A stretch of DNA of 64,000 bases from Chloroflexota bacterium (lineage in GTDB: Bacteria > Chloroflexota > Anaerolineae > Aggregatilineales > Phototrophicaceae). The DNA lies in NCBI GenBank assembly GCA_011523615.1, contig WTGJ01000027.1, positions 452,458 to 516,457 of the forward strand, read 5' to 3'. The position numbers and the translations under genes are program-made. This document shows, piece by piece, positions 29,335 through 37,480 of the stretch; positions within the stretch are counted from its first letter, which is position 1; each line of letters opens with the position of its first letter. The notes beneath the pieces were generated by a model. It saw nothing but the letters and a program-made list of their open reading frames with translations, ran no database searches and was not told the DNA's origin.

Positions 29335-29365
29335 CGGCGAGGGAACGGCTTCGGCTCGGTTGCCA

Positions 29366-29650
29366 TCATTCCGGCTTGGCAGCGGTTAATTCAGTTGCGA
29401 GCGCTCTGAGCAACTGATGGTCTTCTACTCGGAGTTCTTTGCGGAGTGCTTTGGCGAGTCGATTCGAATCAATCGCCTTTTGCCAACAATGGTGGTCCGA
29501 ACACAGATATGCCCCACGACCATCTTTCTTTCCGGAAGGGTCGTGTCGCAAACCAGTTGCCGTCATGACCAGGCGGCTCAACTGTCTTTTCTCCAGTCGA
29601 CGGCGGCATATGATACAACTTCGAATCGGTATATGGCGCGGCATCCCCAC
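29366..29650 (-). CDS. ylxR: YlxR/DUF448 family RNA-binding protein
   Basis: R.C..CR....K..L.R.V pattern (IRSCIICRRRLEKRQLSRLV) and GRGAYLC, located between nusA and infB. Confidence 0.85.
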   Translation of the reverse strand: MGMPRHIPIRSCIICRRRLEKRQLSRLVMTATGLRHDPSGKKDGRGAYLCSDHHCWQKAIDSNRLAKALRKELRVEDHQLLRALATELTAAKPE

Positions 29651-31606
29651 TCATTCCATATAATCATCCCAATCCGTTCGTCGCCGGCTGCTCTTGCGCA
29701 CGCGGCGCACGACGGTTTTACCCAACTCCTCATCATAGATTAACTGCCGTCGCTGCTGACGGTCCTTCTTCTGCGAACGCTCTTGATCTGGATCCATTTC
29801 TTCGGTTTCTAACTCATATTCTTCCGCAGTTTCCTGGACGGCCGCAGCGGGAGAGATGAATTTTCGCGCCGTTCCCTTCAAATGTTGGGGGCGTTCGGGA
29901 GAGGGAGCTGTGGCCTCTAGCTCTGCCGTTTGTGCCACTTCACTGTCTTCCACGTGCGGCTGCGTCTCGCTTTCAGCAGCCAGCAATTCTTCCGGTTGGT
30001 CTGTATCTTCTTCGGTGGGAATTTGCTCCTGCAATTCGTCGATTGCATCGGCATCTTCCAGCGACTCTGCAGCTGCTGGCTCCGTTTGCTTCTCGAGCTG
30101 GGCTTCGATGAGGGCCAGCTCGATCAGGGTCAAGCTGGCTTCAATTTGCTTCTGCATTTCTTCGACATCTTCATCGAAACGTTCCAGCAACTGACGCAAA
30201 GGATCCTCATCGAGGATGAAACGCGTTTGCAATTCACCGATGTTTTGTAGGGGTTTCAAGGCGTTCAATAGGTGAGCAGGCAAATCCAACTTTTCGATGC
30301 CGATCTTGAAATGGTGCGAGGGCACTTGGGTGCGGGCATGGGCGAGCTGTTCTCGCCGTACCGTTCGTATTTCTTCTCGTTTGGCGTGTTCCGCCCGTTC
30401 GATCTGGACGGCGAATTGCGAAATCGTGGAAAACTCTTCTGGCATGATGGTCAACCCAGATTCGCGTTTTTCCAGGATCCGTTCGATTTCTTTGATTCGT
30501 TCTTCATTCAACGCCAGCTCTTGGAGCGCAGCAGGGTTTTGCAGGGCATCCTGAACGGTTTCGATCTCGCCTTTGATATCGACGCGCCACTGGGTCAGTT
30601 TGGCAGCCAGACGGGCGTTTTGCCCTTCCCTGCCGATGGCCAGAGAAAGTTGATCTTCAGAAACCAGGACGATGGCCGTCCTGCCTGTATCGGGATCATC
30701 ATCCAAAAAGACTTCGGTGATGCGCGCCGGACTGAGGGCTTTGGTGATGAAAATATGAGGGTCCGGATTCCATTCGATGATGTCAATCTTTTCATCATGC
30801 AACTCGCGCACGATATTTTGGATGCGGATCCCGCGCATGCCCACACATGCCCCCACCGGATCCACGCCATCTTGCAACGCCGCGACTGCAACTTTGGAAC
30901 GGTAACCTGCTTCCCGCGCGATGTTCTTGATCTCTACTTGCCCGTTGAAAATCTCCGGCACTTCGTATTCCAGCAGACGGCGCAGCATATTTCGATGAGC
31001 GCGACTGACGACGATCTCCGGGCCCCGGTTCCGCATCTTGACCTCGAGGACGTAGGTGCGCAGTTTTTCATGGGGCCGGACGCGCTCACCGGGAATCTGT
31101 TGTGACCTGGGTAGGATTGCCTCCGCCCTCCCCAAACTGAGGGTGATCAAAGCTGGGTTGACGCTTTGGACGGTGCCCGCGATCAAATCGCCTTCCCGCT
31201 CGATGAATTCTTCGTACAAAACGGCGCGTTCGGCGTCACGGATTTTTTGGAGGATCACTTGTTTCGCGGTTTGCGCAGCGATGTAGCCAAAATTGCTGGT
31301 CGTGTGATCCACCGGAATCATGACCGTATCGCCGAGATCCACCGAATCATCCTGTTCTTTGGCCGGGCCGAGCAACACTTCGGTCGCTTCATTGAAGATG
31401 GAATCAACGACTTCTTTCTCTACCAGGATCTGATGCTGCCCACTCGAGGAATCGACGATGGCTTCGATCTTTTGTCCCAGGCTGGCGCCCGTATCTCTGC
31501 GGTAGGCAGAAACCAAGGCCGTTTGCAAAGCTTCAATGACCACATCACGGGGCAGAGAACGCATGTCCGTGATTTCATTGAACGCCAATTCGAATTCGCT
31601 ACGCAT
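29651..31606 (-). CDS. nusA: transcription termination/antitermination factor NusA with a ~300-aa C-terminal extension
   Basis: NTD, S1 ([11 protein letters not shown]..), and KH1/KH2 ([18 protein letters not shown]; [23 protein letters not shown]). I prefer ATG at 31606 (MRSEFELAF...) because AGGTGA lies 5 nt upstream. The track start is the GTG at 31615, which lies within that Shine-Dalgarno. Confidence 0.9.
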   Translation of the reverse strand: MRSEFELAFNEITDMRSLPRDVVIEALQTALVSAYRRDTGASLGQKIEAIVDSSSGQHQILVEKEVVDSIFNEATEVLLGPAKEQDDSVDLGDTVMIPVDHTTSNFGYIAAQTAKQVILQKIRDAERAVLYEEFIEREGDLIAGTVQSVNPALITLSLGRAEAILPRSQQIPGERVRPHEKLRTYVLEVKMRNRGPEIVVSRAHRNMLRRLLEYEVPEIFNGQVEIKNIAREAGYRSKVAVAALQDGVDPVGACVGMRGIRIQNIVRELHDEKIDIIEWNPDPHIFITKALSPARITEVFLDDDPDTGRTAIVLVSEDQLSLAIGREGQNARLAAKLTQWRVDIKGEIETVQDALQNPAALQELALNEERIKEIERILEKRESGLTIMPEEFSTISQFAVQIERAEHAKREEIRTVRREQLAHARTQVPSHHFKIGIEKLDLPAHLLNALKPLQNIGELQTRFILDEDPLRQLLERFDEDVEEMQKQIEASLTLIELALIEAQLEKQTEPAAAESLEDADAIDELQEQIPTEEDTDQPEELLAAESETQPHVEDSEVAQTAELEATAPSPERPQHLKGTARKFISPAAAVQETAEEYELETEEMDPDQERSQKKDRQQRRQLIYDEELGKTVVRRVRKSSRRRTDWDDYME

Positions 31607-31617
31607 ATGGATCACCT

Positions 31618-31641
31618 ATAAAAAAGGTGGGCAAACCCACC
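31618..31641 (-). terminator. rho-independent terminator after the giant membrane-protein operon
   Basis: The minus strand reads GGTGGG-TTTG-CCCACC followed by TTTTTTAT: a perfect 6-bp GC-rich stem, a 4-nt loop and a 6-T run. It lies 70 nt downstream of the stop at 31711. Confidence 0.8.
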
Positions 31642-31653
31642 AGACTGAACCCA

Positions 31654-31682
31654 AAACTAGCATAAAGTGATGGCCACGTCAA
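31654..31682 (-). promoter_or_regulatory. weak candidate promoter upstream of the nusA leader hairpin
   Basis: The minus strand reads TTGACG (31682-31677), 17-nt spacer, TAGTTT (31659-31654). Good -35, poor -10. Confidence 0.25.
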
Positions 31683-31710
31683 CATGATTTGGGCGCTACG
31701 GCCCAGGCAA

Positions 31711-34700
31711 TCATGAGTCCGGCGCGACGAGCGGGGATTGCGCATGGGGAGGGTATTGGTACATTTGCTTGGTTTCGTGATCGACGATCCAGACGTTGCC
31801 CCGTTGATCGACCGCCACATCGGTGACATTCTGGAAGTTTCCGGTTTGACCGATTTCAAATGGGCCTAGGCTGGTGAGGCAGTTCCCGGCCGCATCCAGA
31901 ATGACCACCCGCTTCTGGTGGGGGACACTCAGGTACACCAAGCTGCGCAGCGGGTCCACCGCAACCTGAGCCGCTACGCCAGCCCTTTGTCGCGAGAAAG
32001 GAAACGCAAAACTGCGCAAGAATTCTCCAGTGAGAGAAAAGACAGAAACGCGTTGATTCCACCATTCGGAAACATACAACTCATCGTTCAGGTCATCCAA
32101 TGCGATCGAACCCGGTTCTTCCAACTGACCCGGCAAACTGCCGCTTTCGCCGATATCCAGCAGATGATCGCCGGTTTCAGAATACACCCGGATGCGCTTG
32201 TTGCCCGTATCCGCGATGTACACATTCCCAGCGGAATCCACGACCAAATCCCTAGGACCCCAGAACCCACGCAGTGGCTCGAGAGGAGCATTGGCGCCGT
32301 AAGCGAAAGGTTCACCCCAGGCCTGTTGCACTGCACCAGTTTCATCGAGGCGAAGGAAGCGATAATTCCAGGTATCCGCAACGAGGATTTCACCCCCTGC
32401 TGCGAAAGCGACGCCATTCGGCCGGTTCAGTGTGAGATCAGTGGATGGTTGTTGGCTGAATGCGGGTGGATTGACCGCGGGGTCGATTTCACCAAAACGC
32501 CCAAGAGCAGCCAACAGCTGCCCGGTCTTGTCGTACCAACGGATCTGGTGGTTCATTTCATCGGCAATCAGGATACGATCGTTTTTCACCGCAAGCCCCG
32601 CCGGGTAGCCGAGTGACTCATCGGCCCATTGCAGGGTTCCTTGCGTTTCGGTCGTTTGGCTGGGGCAAGAGTTTTCGCCATTCGTTGATGGAGGGCTGAA
32701 AGAACCCACAGCGGCGGGTTCATAGAGCCAGATTTGTGATGCCAAATCGCGGCGCACATAGAGATACATGTGGTCGGCAGGATTCCAGTCTTGGATAGCG
32801 GAGGAAACCCCCTTTGCCTCGAAGTAACGGGCGTAATCACGTTCCCAGAAAATATCCAGCAAGCCCGAACGCAATTGAGGGGAATATGGATTGTCGGCAG
32901 AAAAGTCAAAGAGCTGGTTGATTCTCGCCGGAGTCAGGTAAAAATAATCTTGATTCGGCCACCATAGACGCAGGTATTTTTGCGTCGTGTAATCGAGTGA
33001 AAGAATATCGCCATATTGATGATGCAGATTGGCGCCAAGGAGCAACACATCTTCTTGCTGCAATGTGTTCAGATCCGGTTCCAGGCCATAGTAATTCGCG
33101 TTGGGAAAATCACGCAGGTACCATTCCATGGGCCAGGACACGCCTTCCCCGGCATACCCCATTCGTAGGTCTTTGCTGTTGGCACTGCGCTCACTGATCT
33201 CATGCAACAAATCCATCACGTATTTCACCTGCGGTGCCGCATGCGCATAGACTAAGAATTCTTTGGCGTAGTCATAATGGATGTAAGATGCGGAAAAAGC
33301 GGTGCGCATCGTCAGCGCGCAAAGGATGATCAGCAAACCCAGTTGACTGCTCTGCCGGATGATGAACCAGCCTTTTTGTTTGCCGATCCGGTAAAACAAA
33401 CCGAGAACCAATAGGGTAAACAAAACCGAACCGAACCACAGGGTGGTGTGCCGGATCTCCAGCGTCGTCAAGCCACGGAACGGCCCCGATCCGCGCAAGA
33501 TGGGGTTGACGGTCCGCCAAGCGCTCCAGGTCAACGCGGGCATCAAGAGCAAAGGCAACCACCCATAGGTCAGGATGGATTCCCAATCCAGCGTTTTCAG
33601 GAACGCGCCAAAGATAGAGGCCGACAACAGGATCAAAGGAAAGGCCAGGTGGATGCCCAACCACGGCATCTTCTCTCCGGCAAAGGTGTAACCATAAATG
33701 GCGAGAACAGCCCACCAGGCAAAGAGGGCCAACCAGGGGATGCCTTGCAGTTCTTGCGGAATCCGGTTCATTTTTTGGCGCAAACCGTTTCGCCAAAACC
33801 GACCGATTCCCATAACAGCAGCCAAAAAAGAACCGATGATCGGCAGGTATTCGTACAAAGGCAAGATGATGCCGCTGTAATAGTATTGCGGTTGAGAACC
33901 CCGCCTCACCCCTTGTTGGCCCAGCCAATATCCGAGGCTGCTCACAAAGCCAGAGCCCAGGCCGGCGATGTTGGTGAAGAAGGATGTGAATAAAATGACA
34001 TAGAGTCCCAGATAGATCGCTGCCAGTGTGAGCCAGAGTTTCGCTTCCCAGGCGAGACCGATGGCGATGGGGATGAGGAAAAAAGGCAGGACGGGCAGCA
34101 GAGATAACGCGATTTGCCAGAGCTGAGTGCCGCTGTGAAAGAGGAGTGTGGTTTCATCGTAACCGGGGAAATTCAGCGGTATGAGGATGCGAATGGATTC
34201 GACGGCGGATCGCGCAATATCCGCCAGTACTTGCGCATTGATTTCTTCACCGTACGTGAAGCTCGAACCCATGGCGGTGATCAATAAGGCAGATAGCCAG
34301 GGTATGGTGAATGTGACGATCAAGACCAGAACATCCCATTCGGGGAAAGAGCGCAGGGCCCGCCAAAATCCACGTTTTTTCAGCAAAAGGGCGCCGATTG
34401 CCACCACGATGGTCAGCACCCAGGCCAGGTAAAAGGGGATGAAATTCACGCGGTAGTTTTCGAGATGGCTTTCTGCGGAAGGCGCAATCTGCGGGATCGC
34501 TTCGAGCGAGCGGGATTCCAAAGCGACCAAAGCGGCGAAGACCAAGAAGGCCAAGACAGACAGGAGCGTGATTTCCCGCCAGGGTAAGGGGGTTCGGCGA
34601 TGCACGTAAATCGCGGGGCCGATGACCATCGCACTCACGCCCAGCCAGAGCAAACCACTCCAGAGCAGAAAACTCTGCACATTCGAACCCTCACTCCCGG

Positions 34701-35553
34701 AGGGCGAAGGATCTGGCGAAGGCAGCAGTCCCAACCCGGCCGTGATGGCCTGCCATCTTCCTGCCAAGGAGTCTGTCCCTTCGAAGGCGATGGCCAATAT
34801 CCCGGACATCACGATGGCAGCGAAAGTACCGATCAGGATGGCGAGGATGAGCAGCTGGAAGGTGCGCCTGAGTGGTATGTTCCAGGATTTCTGTATGACG
34901 CGAAAACAACCATAAAGGAACAGATACGAAGCGAAAATGCCGATGTAAATGAACGTATTTTCTTTCGAGGCAAAACAGAGCAGCAAACTGATCGCCGTAA
35001 TGTACAAGTAGCGATTGCGTTTTTGCTGCGGTTCATGCTCTTCCAGATAGCGCAGGATGGACCAGAGCAATATGACGGAATAGAAGAGCACCGGAGTGTC
35101 GTGCCGTATGTAGCGGTTGTAATACAGGGTGATGGGGGAGATCAGCAACAAGATGCTAGCGATGAGAGCCGTCTCTCGCCCCAACCACCTGCGGAACAAA
35201 AGGGGCGATAACACGAGCAGAATCCCTAGCACCGCGGGGTAAATCCGCGCGGTAAAATCATTGGCGCCCAATACTGCATACAGTAAGGCATTCACTTCAA
35301 ACAGCAGCGGCCCATGCATCAACGGCGTATGTTCGAAGTTTCCTTCTTGTTGGAACAGATATGAGAAATACGTATGCAGGCTTTCATCGTGACTCATCAC
35401 GCGAGCGTCCAGGATGTACAAACGAGTGAAAACCGCCGCCAGGAAAATCAGCACATACCAGGCAACTTCCCAATTGACGCTCAGATCACGGGAAAGCCAG
35501 GCCGGCAATAGGCCTTTGTCCACATCATTCCGGTGAGCTTCTGTGCCAGCCAA
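31711..35553 (-). CDS. giant polytopic membrane protein: TIGR03663-like (PMT/GT-C-like) N-terminal domain plus a C-terminal six-bladed NHL beta-propeller
   Basis: 1280 aa. The first loop has HDESLH (D56-E57) and LMHGPLLF (H80-G81-P82), followed by more than 15 hydrophobic helices. The last 300 aa contain six repeats of the NHL type (e.g. PRDLVVDSAGNVYIADTGNKRIRVY). TTG start; the exact start is uncertain. Confidence 0.75.
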   Translation of the reverse strand: MAGTEAHRNDVDKGLLPAWLSRDLSVNWEVAWYVLIFLAAVFTRLYILDARVMSHDESLHTYFSYLFQQEGNFEHTPLMHGPLLFEVNALLYAVLGANDFTARIYPAVLGILLVLSPLLFRRWLGRETALIASILLLISPITLYYNRYIRHDTPVLFYSVILLWSILRYLEEHEPQQKRNRYLYITAISLLLCFASKENTFIYIGIFASYLFLYGCFRVIQKSWNIPLRRTFQLLILAILIGTFAAIVMSGILAIAFEGTDSLAGRWQAITAGLGLLPSPDPSPSGSEGSNVQSFLLWSGLLWLGVSAMVIGPAIYVHRRTPLPWREITLLSVLAFLVFAALVALESRSLEAIPQIAPSAESHLENYRVNFIPFYLAWVLTIVVAIGALLLKKRGFWRALRSFPEWDVLVLIVTFTIPWLSALLITAMGSSFTYGEEINAQVLADIARSAVESIRILIPLNFPGYDETTLLFHSGTQLWQIALSLLPVLPFFLIPIAIGLAWEAKLWLTLAAIYLGLYVILFTSFFTNIAGLGSGFVSSLGYWLGQQGVRRGSQPQYYYSGIILPLYEYLPIIGSFLAAVMGIGRFWRNGLRQKMNRIPQELQGIPWLALFAWWAVLAIYGYTFAGEKMPWLGIHLAFPLILLSASIFGAFLKTLDWESILTYGWLPLLLMPALTWSAWRTVNPILRGSGPFRGLTTLEIRHTTLWFGSVLFTLLVLGLFYRIGKQKGWFIIRQSSQLGLLIILCALTMRTAFSASYIHYDYAKEFLVYAHAAPQVKYVMDLLHEISERSANSKDLRMGYAGEGVSWPMEWYLRDFPNANYYGLEPDLNTLQQEDVLLLGANLHHQYGDILSLDYTTQKYLRLWWPNQDYFYLTPARINQLFDFSADNPYSPQLRSGLLDIFWERDYARYFEAKGVSSAIQDWNPADHMYLYVRRDLASQIWLYEPAAVGSFSPPSTNGENSCPSQTTETQGTLQWADESLGYPAGLAVKNDRILIADEMNHQIRWYDKTGQLLAALGRFGEIDPAVNPPAFSQQPSTDLTLNRPNGVAFAAGGEILVADTWNYRFLRLDETGAVQQAWGEPFAYGANAPLEPLRGFWGPRDLVVDSAGNVYIADTGNKRIRVYSETGDHLLDIGESGSLPGQLEEPGSIALDDLNDELYVSEWWNQRVSVFSLTGEFLRSFAFPFSRQRAGVAAQVAVDPLRSLVYLSVPHQKRVVILDAAGNCLTSLGPFEIGQTGNFQNVTDVAVDQRGNVWIVDHETKQMYQYPPHAQSPLVAPDS

Positions 35554-35569
35554 CTTTATGCTACAGCGA

Positions 35570-37480
35570 TTAGGGATGGTTCACGGATTGATTCAACACA
35601 TCCCGATGCAGCCATAACACCATTGGGATGTACTCGAAAAAATGAGGGTCATTCATACCCTGGTTGTGATGGTCATTGAGCTGAGTCAAGAAATGCGCCC
35701 CGAGTGGTCGCGCTTGCTTCACGCGAGTGATCGAAAAAGGATGTCCGATGTAGGGAGCAGCCAGGCGTTCGCCAGCCTCTTCCGGGGCAATCGGGTCACT
35801 GATCACGAGGGGAAAACCCGCTGCGAGTTCGAGTTTGGGGAGCATCCTTACTTCGTCGAAATCACGCAACAACCATAGCATTGTGTGATATTGATCATCG
35901 CGAACCCCGGCTGCGGTTACCCAGGCGACGGATGAAGGTTGAGCCCAATTGCTTTGCTGAAGCAAATCTTGGAGCGTTTCATGCAGATGCGCATTCTGCA
36001 CGGTATTGAGTTGCGGCAGCCATGCGCTTCTGGCGCTTGCCTGATCGGCGGAAGCCACACGGATGCTGCTATGGGTCGTGTAGAGAAGCAGGAATATCGC
36101 CAATGTAGGCAGGAAGAAACTCCCAATGGATGAGTGTTTCGCAACGTACTGTAAAGCCAGCAAAACGACAAAATACAGGAGAAACCCGATCGCTATCCTC
36201 ATCAACCACCAAATGGCTGCCCCCGATGGTATGGATGGCGTGCCATGGAGCAAGCCCAACGCCGATTGCATGAAATCCGTTCGTACGATCAGGAAACGAA
36301 ACTGCAGACCGACCCACAACAGCAATCCGAGGGAAAGGGCATACAACATACCGCAGAAAGCAACATTGCCGGAGAACCCTCGCTGGTTGAGCGTTTGCAC
36401 GGCGCCCTGCCCTAGTCTGATCAAGCAATCTGCCACGATGAGGATCAATGGGATGCTGAGCCAACTCGCATGTGCCGGCTGGGAGCCCCGATCCAGCGTC
36501 AATAAGACGAGCAGTGCCACCAACCAGGCGAGCGAAAAGCGATTCAGTGGCGTCAGCTTCCTTTCACGCCGGAGCGTGATGAGGGCAACGACGGCGAGCA
36601 GCCAAAACCCCAGCTCATAAAACAGACTGACCCGCAGATCCTGCAAGAGATCACCCGGCTGGATCCAGCCGCTTAAGCTGGCAAGCAGCTGATTGCCGAC
36701 ATGATTCAAGCCACTCCATTGAGTGAGTAGCTGGGTGCTGAGCAGGATCACCGTGGCCAGACCGACCGCTAAGCTTTTGCGCCAGCGCCATTCTTGAAGG
36801 AGCTCCAGGAATCGACGCTTTATGGGTGCATTTTTTCTGAGCGTGAAGAATAAAGCGACCGATATGCTCACAAACAACAGGTAGCTGCGCCCATCTGTCA
36901 GGAACAAAGTGAGGAATGAAAACACTGTGAAGCAATGTTGCCAAGAGCGTCGTTGTCGCGATCGCGCTTCAGCCAACAGACATCGTTGCAGAGAAAGAAA
37001 AGTCAATGCACAGCCGATCAGTGCCCAGAGCGCACTCTCTGCATAACGCGATGAGAGGAGCACCAATGGCGAGAGGAGCAGCAAAATGCTCATGGTCCCG
37101 CAATGCTCCACCCGCATCCACTTGCTGAACAAAAAAGGAGAGAAGATCAAGCAAAGCCCCAACACGGCATTGGGGAATCGAAACCAGCCAATCTCGGGGC
37201 CGAACAGGGATAAGAGCATCTGATGGCTGGCATGAAGGAGTGGCGAAACACTGGAACCAGAAACGCTAGCCTCCACCGAATGTCCCACGAATGAAAGATC
37301 CATTGCCGAGACCACCGCCGGCAATTCGCGCGGCTGCAAGGGAATGACCGTAAGATGGGAGAATCGTGAAAAGATGGCAAAGCTCAACAAAACCAACCCG
37401 GCAAGAGACGAGAAACTGACTTTGAACCATATTTCGTCGGTCGTGTGCCTGACCATTCGCTGTGCGAAACTCGCCGTCAT
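35570..37480 (-). CDS. polytopic membrane protein, divergent TIGR03663-like paralogue lacking the DE / HGP motifs
   Basis: I prefer ATG at 37480 (MTASFAQRM..., 636 aa), which gives an ATGA start/stop overlap with the upstream gene. Its loop 1 aligns by eye with the 1280-aa protein (PRELP vs HDESL; PLLHAS vs PLMHGP; FRFPNAVLGLCLIFSPFLF vs ARIYPAVLGILLVLSPLLF). Confidence 0.65.
   Translation of the reverse strand: MTASFAQRMVRHTTDEIWFKVSFSSLAGLVLLSFAIFSRFSHLTVIPLQPRELPAVVSAMDLSFVGHSVEASVSGSSVSPLLHASHQMLLSLFGPEIGWFRFPNAVLGLCLIFSPFLFSKWMRVEHCGTMSILLLLSPLVLLSSRYAESALWALIGCALTFLSLQRCLLAEARSRQRRSWQHCFTVFSFLTLFLTDGRSYLLFVSISVALFFTLRKNAPIKRRFLELLQEWRWRKSLAVGLATVILLSTQLLTQWSGLNHVGNQLLASLSGWIQPGDLLQDLRVSLFYELGFWLLAVVALITLRRERKLTPLNRFSLAWLVALLVLLTLDRGSQPAHASWLSIPLILIVADCLIRLGQGAVQTLNQRGFSGNVAFCGMLYALSLGLLLWVGLQFRFLIVRTDFMQSALGLLHGTPSIPSGAAIWWLMRIAIGFLLYFVVLLALQYVAKHSSIGSFFLPTLAIFLLLYTTHSSIRVASADQASARSAWLPQLNTVQNAHLHETLQDLLQQSNWAQPSSVAWVTAAGVRDDQYHTMLWLLRDFDEVRMLPKLELAAGFPLVISDPIAPEEAGERLAAPYIGHPFSITRVKQARPLGAHFLTQLNDHHNQGMNDPHFFEYIPMVLWLHRDVLNQSVNHP

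Noticed and set aside
30272-31105. 277-aa plus-strand ORF antisense to nusA
   Set aside because: The opposite strand encodes the conserved NusA S1/KH domains. There are no recognisable motifs. Shadow ORF.
33272-35211. Several 180-220-aa ORFs on both strands within 31711-35553 (33272-33928 minus, 33448-33993 plus, 34600-35211 plus)
   Set aside because: They are out of frame with or antisense to the 1280-aa ORF, which is supported by motifs, TM periodicity and NHL repeats. The alternatives are Arg/Pro/Gly-rich, as expected for off-frame translation.
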